Assembly (NCBI RefSeq): GCF_001194135.2 | Contig: NC_068988.1 | Span: 83,244,515-83,279,134, forward strand | Length of the DNA stretch: 34,620 nucleotides | Direction of reading: 5' to 3' | DNA from: Octopus bimaculoides | Taxonomy: Eukaryota | Shown here: positions 10,544 through 20,949 of the stretch, one piece after another | How positions within the stretch are numbered: position 1 is the stretch's first letter | Layout of the letters: each line of letters begins with the position of its first letter | Notes under the pieces: generated by a model | Seen by the model: only the letters and a program-made list of their open reading frames with translations | Database searches by the model: none | What the model was told of the DNA's origin: nothing | Translations under genes and position numbers: made by a program

Positions 10544-10595
10544 CACCTATTACCGTTTGACAACCGGTGCTGGTGTGTTTACGTCTGCTTAACTT
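10345..10595 (+). mobile_element. tRNA-derived SINE (octopus OR-like, CORE-type) with (TG)n tract
   Basis: A-box-like TGACTGTGTGGTAAG, B-box-like GGGATCAATCCC, CORE-like GGCACCTTGGACAAGTGTCTTCTACTATAGCC, then GGATTTGGTAGACAGAAACTGAAAGAAGCCC and (TG)n. Homologous to 20428-20566. Confidence 0.85.
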
Positions 10596-10621
10596 NNNNN
10601 NNNNNNNNNNNNNNNNNNNNN

Positions 10622-10661
<40 letters not shown>

Positions 10662-11638
10662 GAACGGTGAGGTTTTATTGTAGCAATGCGTGTTATGGGG
10701 CAACGTCGGGATCGCTAGTTTGTAACGATAATAATTTGTTTTAAGGAAGTATTTATTTACCGTTACATTACAATACCTTGCCTCGACGGGCAGGTTATGA
10801 TAAATCCAAAAGCATGCGAAGTAAAGTTTATGTTTGTGTCCTCTTCATTGTTTAGTAGTAATTACAGAGAGAGATAGAATGATGTAAAAGAATAGAATTA
10901 GAGCAAGTGAAAGTTGTAGGGTGTAGGACGTTGTCTCATAGTTGCTGACAGTAAACAATCTCATTACAAAGAGAAGTTATTGACGATTGAATTGTTGATG
11001 AAATATCAAAGCTGATGGCTGGCATGAGAGCTGAAAAAATGAGAGAACTTTGGATCAGGAATATCTCAAAAGATATGGCAGTGGAAACAATTATTTCTTG
11101 ATAAATATGCTGCAAATTACGGTAAAGACTCTACAACACTGAGAAATAGAATAAAAAAGAAAGAACCTTGTCAACGCAACAGATGTTAGGACACGTGGCA
11201 ACAAAACCACTCGTTTCATTGTGAATCGAACACTACGGTAAGAACTTTTCGTTACTATTACAAGAACACCCTAATGCACATAACATGCACACAAAAAAAG
11301 CACAAACAAAACAGATATTCGTTTGATCAAACCATTAGGGACGATAGAAAAACTGGAAGGAGATCATTCTCAAGATCTCAACAAATATTACCTATAAGGA
11401 ACTAGGCAAAAAAAAAACGGTCTAGATCTCAAAGTGAACCTAGATCATTTCCCCAGATTGTTAGAAATAGTACTAACAATAAATTGAAAAACAATATAAG
11501 AAATAGGACAGAAAACATAACGAAACCAAGTGAAATGCACTATAGTGATGTCAGTAAGTGACATCCTATAATTTTTATAATTGCATGCGAGAAAGAGGGT
11601 TCACCATCTTGTACATAAACGACAAGAAAATAAGAATT

Positions 11639-11827
11639 TGTAAGACGTGCATAAGTCATAACATATTTATTACTGGATGTAATGTTAACATATAAGGTTA
11701 ATTGAAGGAGAGGCTTGTAACCTCACATGAACATATTTTGCAACCACATGTCTCAAAGCAAATAAGGCGAACATCCACGCGTGCGGGTGTGACTCAATGC
11801 ATGTCTAGGGTCTGACAAGCAAGAGTG
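11639..11827 (-). mobile_element. putative R/U5 half of the gypsy 3' LTR, separated from U3 by the LINE insertion
   Basis: On the minus strand it begins with CACTC (duplicate of 17285-17289), contains AATAAA at 11666-11671 and ends GTCTTACA, an imperfect inverted match to the LTR start TGTAGTGAC. Continuity with 17285-17474 is inference. Confidence 0.55.
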
Positions 11828-12048
11828 ATTTCTTTATTTGCCTATAAAGGCCTTACAATGATATAAAAAACACAAAGGTGGGTCGGGGACAAACAACGGA
11901 CATGCATTACAGGGGAGGGGGGTTCATGCGTCTGTGATTACGAATGTAGAGTTAAAATGACAGAAACGTTATGTGATTAAAAATTAATTATATATAATTA
12001 GGAATTTTACAAAATTTTCTTCCGGGTTTCATTTCAACCCGCCGACTT

Positions 12049-15000
12049 NNNNNNNNNNNNNNNNNNNNNNNNNNNNNNNNNNNNNNNNNNNNNNNNNNNN
12101 NNNNNNNNNNNNNNNNNNNNNNNNNNNNNNNNNNNNNNNNNNNNNNNNNNNNNNNNNNNNNNNNNNNNNNNNNNNNNNNNNNNNNNNNNNNNNNNNNNNN
12201 NNNNNNNNNNNNNNNNNNNNNNNNNNNNNNNNNNNNNNNNNNNNNNNNNNNNNNNNNNNNNNNNNNNNNNNNNNNNNNNNNNNNNNNNNNNNNNNNNNNN
12301 NNNNNNNNNNNNNNNNNNNNNNNNNNNNNNNNNNNNNNNNNNNNNNNNNNNNNNNNNNNNNNNNNNGTCCTACACACTGTCACTTTCATTATAGCAACTA
12401 TGCAGAAGGAAGCAGCCTTCCTTTCCTTGCTAAAGGAGAGAGGCGGTACAATCTTAACTGTGGACTCAGTCGAGAGCCATACTCTTTCCCCATCCAGCAT
12501 CAGTTGTTCGACATAAGTCACCAGTCCCCTCAATTCCACACAATGTACAAAGGCGTGCGCAACAGTTTCACTGATGCGCCCGCACCTCGGACATGTGGAG
12601 GGGAGGGGTTGTAACCACGCCTTGATAACCTCTCTTGAACTGGTAAGGCCGAACGACAGCACAACCAAGCCAAGGATTTCTGGAAATTATCCAGATACCT
12701 CGGCCCAAATGTCCTTTCGAACAGGCTGGTTAGTTGTTCATTATCCAAGTCCAGAGTCTTCCCCAGGGCGTCGTCAGACTTAAACTCTACCAATCCTCTA
12801 TAGAAATCCGCAGTGGTAACCTCACTGCCAGTATTGCTCACCCAAGAGAACAGGTTGAGTGCTTGTCTGCACTCTCTCTGCCATCCCCCCATCTTAGGTC
12901 TTTGCCTGATCCATGTGCCTAAGTCCCTAAGGGACTCCAATTGAGGAAAAAGTTGTTTGGCATACGGTGACTATACCTGCTCACCATCCAGGTAGCGCCG
13001 AAGGTGCATCAGCCTCAACGCATACTTGTGCATCATCAGCCAAGGCATCCCCAGTCCACTCTTTAGCGATTTCTGATAGCAAATGGAGCGCCTCACAAGT
13101 GGTGGTTTCCCTTTCCACAAAAAGCGAAAAAGGATCCTTTCCAACCTGTTCAGCACAAACCGGGGCAAGGCACGATGGTTAGGTGGTAGGTTATTACAGA
13201 TGCTATAAACACCTGTGTAACCTCAGCCCTCTCTAGCAAGGATACCGACCTCCCAGACCAGGTTTGGGTTTTGGTTGTCACTTTACTCACTACCTTGCTC
13301 CAGTTTTTCTCCACCTGGAGGTCTGATGCAAACCAGATCCCAAGCAATTTAACCAGGCCCTCCGTCCAACATCCGATGACGCTGTTGGGAGGCATCGACT
13401 TGCCACACCAGGTGCCGAGTTGCAAGCCGACAGATTTTTCCTGGTTAATTTTTGCCCCTGTCACTGCTTTGTATCCTTTGATGGTGTCTTCTACACAAGG
13501 TAGCTGCCCTTCATCAGACACGATAGTGGTGACATCATCCGCATATGCCGTTACACTTCTGCCATAACATAGATCACGCGGGTCTCCCCCCAACGTTCCC
13601 AATCTCCGCAGTAGCGGCTCAAGAGCCAGTACATATAGGAGCAGGGACAGGGAACAGCCCTGATGAACCGAACGTTCAATTGTGAACGGGCTCAAGAAGA
13701 ACCCATTCACCCAGACAACAGATTCGATGTTACAATATAAAGCTTCGATCCAGCCTCAGAAGGTCGGGCCCAGTCCGACCTCCCGGAGAACCGTTGCCAG
13801 TTACCGATGGTCAACCTTATCGAATGCCTTAGACTGGTCCAAATTCACCAGTGCCTCGCCTTTTCCAGAAATGTTCCCAGTGGTGTAGCGAATGGGATGA
13901 AGGTTGTCGAATATCATCCTTCCTGGGATAGCACATGTCTGCGCCTCTCCCACCAGGTCTCCAACGACAATACTCGTTCTCCTCGCTAACACCTTGTCCA
14001 AAATCTTTAACTCTGTGTTTAGTAGAGTTATGGGCCTAAAATTACTTACATTATCCCCCCTTGCTCAGGTCCTTTCTGATCAGTGTTACAACTCCTCGGC
14101 TCACAGATTTAGGAATTCTCCCATTCTGCTGCCAATTCGCGTAAACACTGGCCAGTATGTTCCCGAACAAGTCTGGCATACTTTTATAAAATTCGTAAGG
14201 TAGACCATCCAGTCCCGGTGACTTGTCCCCAGGGCACTCGGAAAGTACCTCTGTGACCTCTTTAGCTGTGATCGNNNNNNNNNNNNNNNNNNNNNNNNNN
14301 NNNNNNNNNNNNNNNNNNNNNNNNNNNNNNNNNNNNNNNNNNNNNNNNNNNNNNNNNNNNNNNNNNNNNNNNNNNNNNNNNNNNNNNNNNNNNNNNNNNN
14401 NNNNNNNNNNNNNNNNNNNNNNNNNNNNNNNNNNNNNNNNNNNNNNNNNNNNNNCCCACCCGGCAACATTGATACCCTCGCGACCCAATACACGTACCTT
14501 AGCCTAAATTCTGCATCCTTCGTGTTTGGCCGATCTCGCCACCAAAACTTGGGATGCAGAGCCCACCCTCAGCGCCTCTTCTAATGCCTTAACTAAGCCC
14601 CTTTCTACTCTATTCTTCTCTAAACTTAACTGTTTACTAAATCTAATTGACTCAGTGCGAATGGCTCTTTTGAGGGCACCCCACCACCGGTTATTTAACG
14701 CAGTGCCAGTTAGTGTCCTCATAACTAACACCTTAATCTGGCTACGGTAAGCTTTGTAATCCAATAAGGATTTGTTCAACTTCCAATAGCCAGATCTTTG
14801 TCTATGAACCTTATCTATACGCAACCTACACGTCACTAATTTGTGATCAGTGTAGGATACATGGGTAAATTGTGGACGACTTACACTAGACTTATCTCTC
14901 ACATTAACCATGATCCTATCTATATAAAACCTGATTGATTTGTCGTGATTAGTCCACGTCCACATTGGCACACTCGGATTATCAAGTCTGAATCGTTCTA

Positions 15001-15519
15001 CCAGCCTAAATCGCTTCAGCAGATCGATGAGGTGTGAGTCACATTTCCTATCGTTCGAGCCAATGCTATCCAGGCGTGCATCAAGAATAGCATTAAAGTC
15101 ACCTAACACAACTAGTGTCTTAGACGTCAGCAGGAAATTCTGCAGACGTTGGTAGAACTCATTCCGTTTACCTGTTGCATTAGGCACGTAAATACCAACC
15201 AGCCTGAAGGCCTTAACACCGTATGTTAGATCCAGAACAACCGACTCACCTTCTGGGTCCACAAAGATTGTACACGTCTGCAGAGCCAAGTTTTTCCGGA
15301 GCAAAACTACAACCCCTCCTCCCCTCCGGTCCAACTAGGAGACATGATTTTCTCATAGCCGTTCAGGAGAGGTGAGAAAGCCTGTAGCTTGTCCAACTTG
15401 GTCTCTGTAGCAACCATCACATCTATTCTGTGTGTCTTGAGGTCATCGAGAAAACAGGTCTGCTTCCTCTTCGACCCCAAGCCACGCACATTCAAAGAGC
15501 CAATACGTAGTGCAGCCAT
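12049..15519 (-). pseudogene. LINE ORF2 (APE endonuclease + reverse transcriptase + CCHC), frameshifted
   Basis: EN motifs GSLNVRG, ETK, GDFN, YIDRIMV, SYTDHKLV. RT motifs KSPGLDGLPYEFY, LDQSKAFDKVDH, SVHQGCSLSLLLYVLALEPLL, AYADDV, KLLGIWF. C-terminal CPRCGRISETVAHAFVHC. Confidence 0.92.
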
Positions 15520-15520
15520 G

Positions 15521-17049
15521 TCATATCAAAGTGAAAAAGGAAGAAAAATTCAGAGCTTACCTTGCTCATTTCGTTTTTTCGAGTGGGATAGTCCTTAGTA
15601 CCACTGGGACCATCCCCTCCTCTTTCTTTTCATCTAAAAATGGTTCCATCGGCAGGTTGAATATTTTAGGAAGATCCTTCACTTCCACAATGTCTTTCCT
15701 TTGTTTCTCTTTTAACACTAAAAAGTGTTCTCTCGTCATTTTTACTATATTTACACTATTATTAATTGTGTTATTATATACATGTGTTATATGGTGCGGC
15801 TTAATAACTCTATCCAGGTATTTATTGTGTTTTTTTATATGCTGCTACCTCAATTTCTTCCTTATTTGGTAATTGTACCCATCTTAAACACATTTTACCC
15901 TTCGTCGGGGATGATTGTGTTTTCTCAATTTTTCTAACCACTTTTTTTGGAGCCACCTCTTGATTTTTAGTGGGTGACTCCGTTTTTTTGTTTTGTACAT
16001 TTGCATGACACCGTCTGGAATTCCATTTCCTCTTCCGACGGTGTCTCGGCTATTTTTTCCTTAGCGGACACCCTCTTAGTAGTAGCCTCCATGGCTGGGG
16101 TGCCGCTACATTTGCTTCAGAGGAGGTAGACGCCCTCTGTGTAACCGCCTCCTTGGCGGTGGGGGCGTCACCTCCTCTATGTTGGTGTTCACCGACACCT
16201 TTTGAATAATAGCCTCCTTGGCTGTGGGTGCTGGTGTTAAAGTTTTGGTGCTCTCTGTGTAGCAGCCTCCATGGCTGGGGCCACCGGCACTTCTTTTATA
16301 TTGGTGGAGGCGGTCGGCCTCTGGGTAACAGCCTCCATGGCTGGGGACATCACCTCATCTTTGTTCTCCTTTTCTTTATCCTTATTATGCAAGCATTTGT
16401 CTTACATGTCCCTTCTTACCATATTTAAAGCAACGTGGTCTTCTTCCCTCCGCGTTGACCGTCAAGACCATCTCCTCCCTGATGTGTATGGTCTCAGGGA
16501 GGTTTTCTAAATGCTCAAAAGAAGCCTGGGCCAGAACCTCCAGAGTGTGACCCCGCCAGTTTTGCGGAGCGTCTGATTTGGATGATGTTTATCTTCTCCT
16601 CGCAGCCTCTACCTCTGGCGGTATATTTTTTATTTTGATCCAAGAGGTTCTTCTGTCCAAATACAAAGGAAGAAGCAGACTATTTTCACTTTGCACGATT
16701 TGAGTCGAGAAATCCCTGGCCTTCTCAGCCGACTCGAACCGTGCTTCAATTGTTGCGAACCTGGTACCTCTTGCCAGGTATTTAATTTCCTTTAATACTG
16801 GCCCAATGCATTTTTCGATAGTTGATTCCTCTAGATATTCGAACTTTTCTTCTCATTGTTGAATGATTTGTATATAATAGTTTTCTCTTTAGTCCTTGTA
16901 ATCATCTCGTTAGGAGGCGTTATAGTGCTGTCTCCGTCTTTTTCGGTTATCATGCTGGAATACTGTTGTATTTCTTCCTTACGAAATTCAACTTTCATCG
17001 ATCCGCCGACAGTGGCAGCAAAATTTAACTCTTTTGGTTGTTCAACCAT
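15521..17049 (-). pseudogene. LINE ORF1 (gag-like, zinc knuckle), disrupted
   Basis: Starts MVEQPKELNFAATV, has the knuckle remnant EGRRPRCFKYGKKGHVRQ near 16400-16450, and ends with TGA one base before the ORF2 ATG (TGAcATG). Confidence 0.75.
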
Positions 17050-17284
17050 TTTTTAAACAAAATTGTACAAGCAAGTACAAAAGTTAAATACAAAAATAAG
17101 TTCCAAAAAGGAACACAGTTCACGAAAGTTTTCAAGGGGGAGGATAACAATTAACAAACAATTATTCCCAATGGAATAATAAACAACAGCAAACCACAAA
17201 TACTTGCAAAACAATTAGTATCAACAATAACAATATTCAAAGCAGCTTACATTGTGAAAGAAAACAATCCAGCAGACAGGCACG

Positions 17285-17474
17285 GAGTGGCGCGAAATTA
17301 GAATGTGTTCTTTTATAAAAGGGATGAACTGGAAGTCCCTGACTTCCACGTCATCCGGAAGTTAATTGGAAGCTTCTAGAATATTCGAGAATTTTTGAGA
17401 AGGACGAGGGAGATTACTCTCATTAGATCCCTTTTTCATTTTGCTTTCCTTCTTGACTGCCAGGGGTCACTACA
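17285..17474 (-). mobile_element. U3 half of the Ty3/gypsy 3' LTR
   Basis: Begins TGTAGTGAC 3 nt after a polypurine tract. Contains TATAAAAG (17317-17310) and an Inr-like CCACTC whose A (17288) lies 29 nt downstream of the TATA start. Confidence 0.7.
17310..17317 (-). promoter_or_regulatory. TATA box of the gypsy LTR
   Basis: TATAAAAG at canonical spacing (about -29) from an Inr-like motif. Function is inferred. Confidence 0.5.
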
Positions 17475-17477
17475 TGA

Positions 17478-17487
17478 CTCTCTCCTC
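17478..17487 (-). promoter_or_regulatory. polypurine tract (PPT)
   Basis: GAGGAGAGAG just upstream of the TGTAGTG LTR start and downstream of pol. Confidence 0.75.
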
Positions 17488-17800
17488 AAACGAGAAGTCG
17501 ATAAGCAAAATCATTGTAGTGATCCAGGGCAGATACGAAGCAAAACGAGGTAGCAGAAACATGTACCTGAAAAACAAGTAGTAAAATAGGAGAAAATCAA
17601 TACATGCATCATAATTTGGTATTGAATATAATTGCAGAGTTTGGTGCAGCAAACTTTTAGCAACATAGCTATGCACATCAAACTAAATGCAAAGCATGGC
17701 AATATGAAAAATACAATGTGAAACATGTGTGGGAAAAATGTTTTTGAACAAACGTTCTTTTGTAAAAGAAATAGTAAACAGTTTGTTTTGTAACACAAAG

Positions 17801-19275
17801 TTAAATATAAATAGTTCTGGATAATTTTTGTGGCCAATGTACTGTTCTGCGAGTTCTTGTGATATAAGGTTTAGAGGTATGTTGTGTTTGCGGTGCATGT
17901 GGTAGTGTTAGTGTAGGAGTGAATGTGCGTGGTATGTCAGGTTCTGGAATGAGATTTTCTGAGAAAGCCTTTTTAATTCTGTTGATGGATATTGTTTCTT
18001 TTCGACCATTAACGTCGACTATAAAGTCTTTTTGTGAGTGTGACAGTACACGATAAGGTCCAGAATAAATTGATGTAAGAGGTCCTTTAATGGAATCATT
18101 CCGAATAAAAACTTGTGTCTACTCAGAGATGTCTCATGGGACAGCAAAAAGAAATGAATTGGTCTGTGGCGATAGCAACCAAATTGATGTGTACAGGAGA
18201 CGAACGTGAACACACAGGAAGTCTGGATAATGCATCAGCAGGTATGTTTTCATATCTGGCTCTATGATGAATGTCGCTGGTATATTGCGAGATGAAATCC
18301 AAGTGTCTGTATGTCCTCGGCAAGTATTTATCAGACTTGGATTGAAGAGCGAATGTAAGAGGTTTATGATCTGTGAATACCGTGAACTCCCGACCTTCTA
18401 GGAGATGATACAAGTGTCTGACAGCAAGATAAACTGCTAAGAGCTCTCTGTCAAAAGTACTGTAATGCTGTTCTGCTGGCTTGAGTTGACGTGAGAAAAA
18501 GGCAAGTGGTTGAGATTTCTGGTTGATGATGTGTTCTAAAACGGCGCCAACAGCGATCGTGGACACATTGACAATTAGGGATAGTTTCGCGTTTGCAGTA
18601 GGATAAGCGAGAAAGGAAACTTTAGCTAATTCAGACTTTATGGAGTCGAAAGCTTGCAAAGCGTCAGCAGAATGGGAAATAAATGCGTCTTTCTTCTTTG
18701 TGGATTTCAAAAGTTGTGTCAGAGGAAACAACATGTCCGCGCGGTTCGGGATGAAAGTTCTGTAAAAATTTATTAACCCCAAAAAGTGATGTACTTGTCT
18801 CAATGAAGTATGGGGTGCGATTTTCTGAATAGCATCCACTTTAGATGGGAGGGGTCGAATTCCCTCTGCGTCTATAAGATGTCCAAGGAATTCCAATGAA
18901 GTTGTACCGAATACACATTTAACTGGATTGATCTTTACATGATACGCTCGCAGACGTTGAAACAACTGAGATAGATGTTGATGATGATGTTCAACTGTAT
19001 CGCTGGCTACTAGGAGGTCATCTACATAAGCAAAAACAAAATTCAATCCGTGTACGACTTCATTGATGAAACGCTGGAATGTAGTGGCAGCATTTCTCAG
19101 ACCAAAAGGCATAGACAGGAATTCGAATGAACCAAATAGCGTGGTTGGTTACGGCAGTTTTAGGTATATCTTTCGGTTCATCGGGATTTGGTGGTACGCA
19201 CATACCAGATCCACTTTGGAGAATATAGTGCAACCATTGGACTGTCAGTTGCGTGGTGCTGTTTAGGTCCATTTT
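17801..19275 (-). pseudogene. pol: Ty3/gypsy (CsRn1-like) pol remnant: RT + RNase H + integrase C-terminal tail, integrase core deleted
   Basis: IFSKVDLVCAYHQIP, KDIPKTAVT, MPFGLRNAATTFQRF, YVDDLLVAS, YSTFDRELLAVYLAV, FTDHKPL, ADALSRL. The sequence then jumps to VFIRNDSIKGPLTSIYSGPYRV...VNGRKETISINRIKKA...TRTRRTVHWP, the post-integrase tail typical of CsRn1-lineage elements. Confidence 0.9.
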
Positions 19276-19369
19276 TGCTATTAATGAGCTTTTATTACCC
19301 CTATTTGCAATCATTCCGTTGTCGTATACAGTGCTGTTAACCGCGGTTGCTTCGTATTTCCCCTCCAGT

Positions 19370-20420
19370 GTGAGAGGTCGCGTTTGCTAATTTTACATTA
19401 TGTCTGTTGATATTGGAAAATCTTGGGAAAAACCTATCTAATGCAGCGAAGAATTCCTGACCTATTTTGGATTTTATTTGTGAATTGAAGATTGGGCTAA
19501 CCCAAATAATTTCATCACTTATTTTTCTATTTCTTTTTATATATCTATTGTGTTTGTTAGTGTATTTTTGTTTCCTCTGCTTCTACTGCTTTATTATCAT
19601 TATTTCTATTGGCCTTTAATGGTGCCTTTCTATCTACCTTTGGCTGCCGTTTCGTGGGTTCTGTTTTATCCCTTTGAGTGTTATGGTGTTTTTCTTTCTC
19701 TTTTGGTCCCTATTATATTTACTGCTTTTCTAAGTTCTGGTATTTTATGGTCACTATTAATGATGCTCTGTGGGTATCGTGCCTTCTCTGACTTATTCTG
19801 TATATCTACAATTCTATCCTTATGTCCCACTCTAGCTAGTGCTGAGTTGTAATATTCAGCATGCCTATCAAATATCCTTTCATCTACAGATAGTCTGGAT
19901 ATTCAATTACACACGCTTCTTAGGATGCTTCGCAGTATATGTTCCAGATGGTTGGATCCTTGGTTCACATATTTCAAGTTCTCGTTTGATTTATGGAAGG
20001 GTTCGAACTTTCCACTCTGTGATTTTTTTTTCTATTTCAATTTCTAATCCAAAATTCTTAAAGAATTTTAAAAGTTTCTTCTTGCATCTTTCTATTTCTA
20101 CATTGCTACCTTTCTGTATTGTGAACAATGCGTCGTCTCTATATAATCCCCACCAGCACTCTATATTCGGGAGCCAAGATTCTATTGTGATAATAAGTAT
20201 ATTCCTACTATATCCGTTACTTGCATGGAGTCACTAGACCCCATTGTTTTGTCGAATGAATCTTTCCTGTCTGATCGAGTCCACAATTTACCTCCATATT
20301 CTATTATAGTGCTCCTAGCCGCCAAAATTATATCTATTTCTTTCCTAGTGAGGTCAGAATTGCTTTTAGCGAATAATAATGCCTTATTTAATAGAACTGG
20401 GTTTATGGTAGTAGTTCGAT
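19370..20420 (-). pseudogene. Penelope-like element (PLE) reverse transcriptase remnant, YRDD type
   Basis: INPVLLNKALLFAK...EIDIILAARSTI...LWTR...FDKTMGSSDS..VTDIVGIYLL, GLYRDDAL (YRDD at 20132-20143), FFKNFGLEIEIE, KYVNQGSNHLEHIL, YNSALARVG, IIWVSPIFNSQIKSKIGQEFF. The PLE clade cannot be determined from this alone. Confidence 0.75.
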
Positions 20421-20427
20421 ATACATA

Positions 20428-20566
20428 GGCACAGATGTGGTTGTGTGGTAAGAAGCCAGGATCTCAGCCACATAGTTCTGGGTTCAGTCCCACTGTGCGG
20501 CATCTTGTGCCAATTAAAGCTTTGTGAGTAGATTTGGTAGATAGAAACTGAAAGAGACCCGTCGTG
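20428..20566 (+). mobile_element. tRNA-derived SINE (OR-like), CORE segment deleted
   Basis: TGTGGTTGTGTGGTAAG A box, GGGTTCAGTCCC B box, GATTTGGTAGATAGAAACTGAAAGAGACCCGTCG tail. Homologous to 10345-10595. Confidence 0.85.
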
Positions 20567-20644
<78 letters not shown>

Positions 20645-20657
20645 CGTGTGTGTGTAT
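20567..20657. repeat. (TA)n(TG)n microsatellite tail of the SINE
   Basis: Directly visible. Confidence 0.95.
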
Positions 20658-20949
20658 GTATATTCACGTCAGAGTCACTCGCCCCTATCCACAATCACAT
20701 ACACCATTCTCACATACACACATAGGCATGCACACCTTCTCTTGTTGGGATCACTATCACTTTATTATCTCCCTTTCATTCAACCTTTTTATTCCAATCA
20801 TTTTTCCAATCATTTGCCATCCGCCATGAAGGCTAAATACAGAGAGGATGATACAAAATGAGAGGAGTTCGAGGATCGAATGATAAAACATGAAAAACAA
20901 GCAGTTAAAAATTTACAAATTATATAAACGAATGAACAAAAAACACAAA

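Larger units (their letters stand above)
11828..17284 (-). mobile_element. apparently full-length L1-clade (Tx1-like) LINE, copy A, about 5.46 kb including two N-gaps
   Basis: 5' UTR, ORF1 with zinc knuckle, ORF2 with APE endonuclease, RT and CCHC, and a 3' end GGCAAATAAAGAAAT. Flanked by GAGTG (plus strand) at 11823-11827 and 17285-17289. Confidence 0.9.

Noticed and set aside
10011-10703. 230-aa minus-strand ORF with a hydrophobic tail
   Set aside because: It runs through an N-gap, microsatellites, a SINE and a MITE, so it is a composite artefact.
10660-11638. Purine-rich plus-strand region with short open frames
   Set aside because: No recognisable domain or structural ends. Left unannotated.
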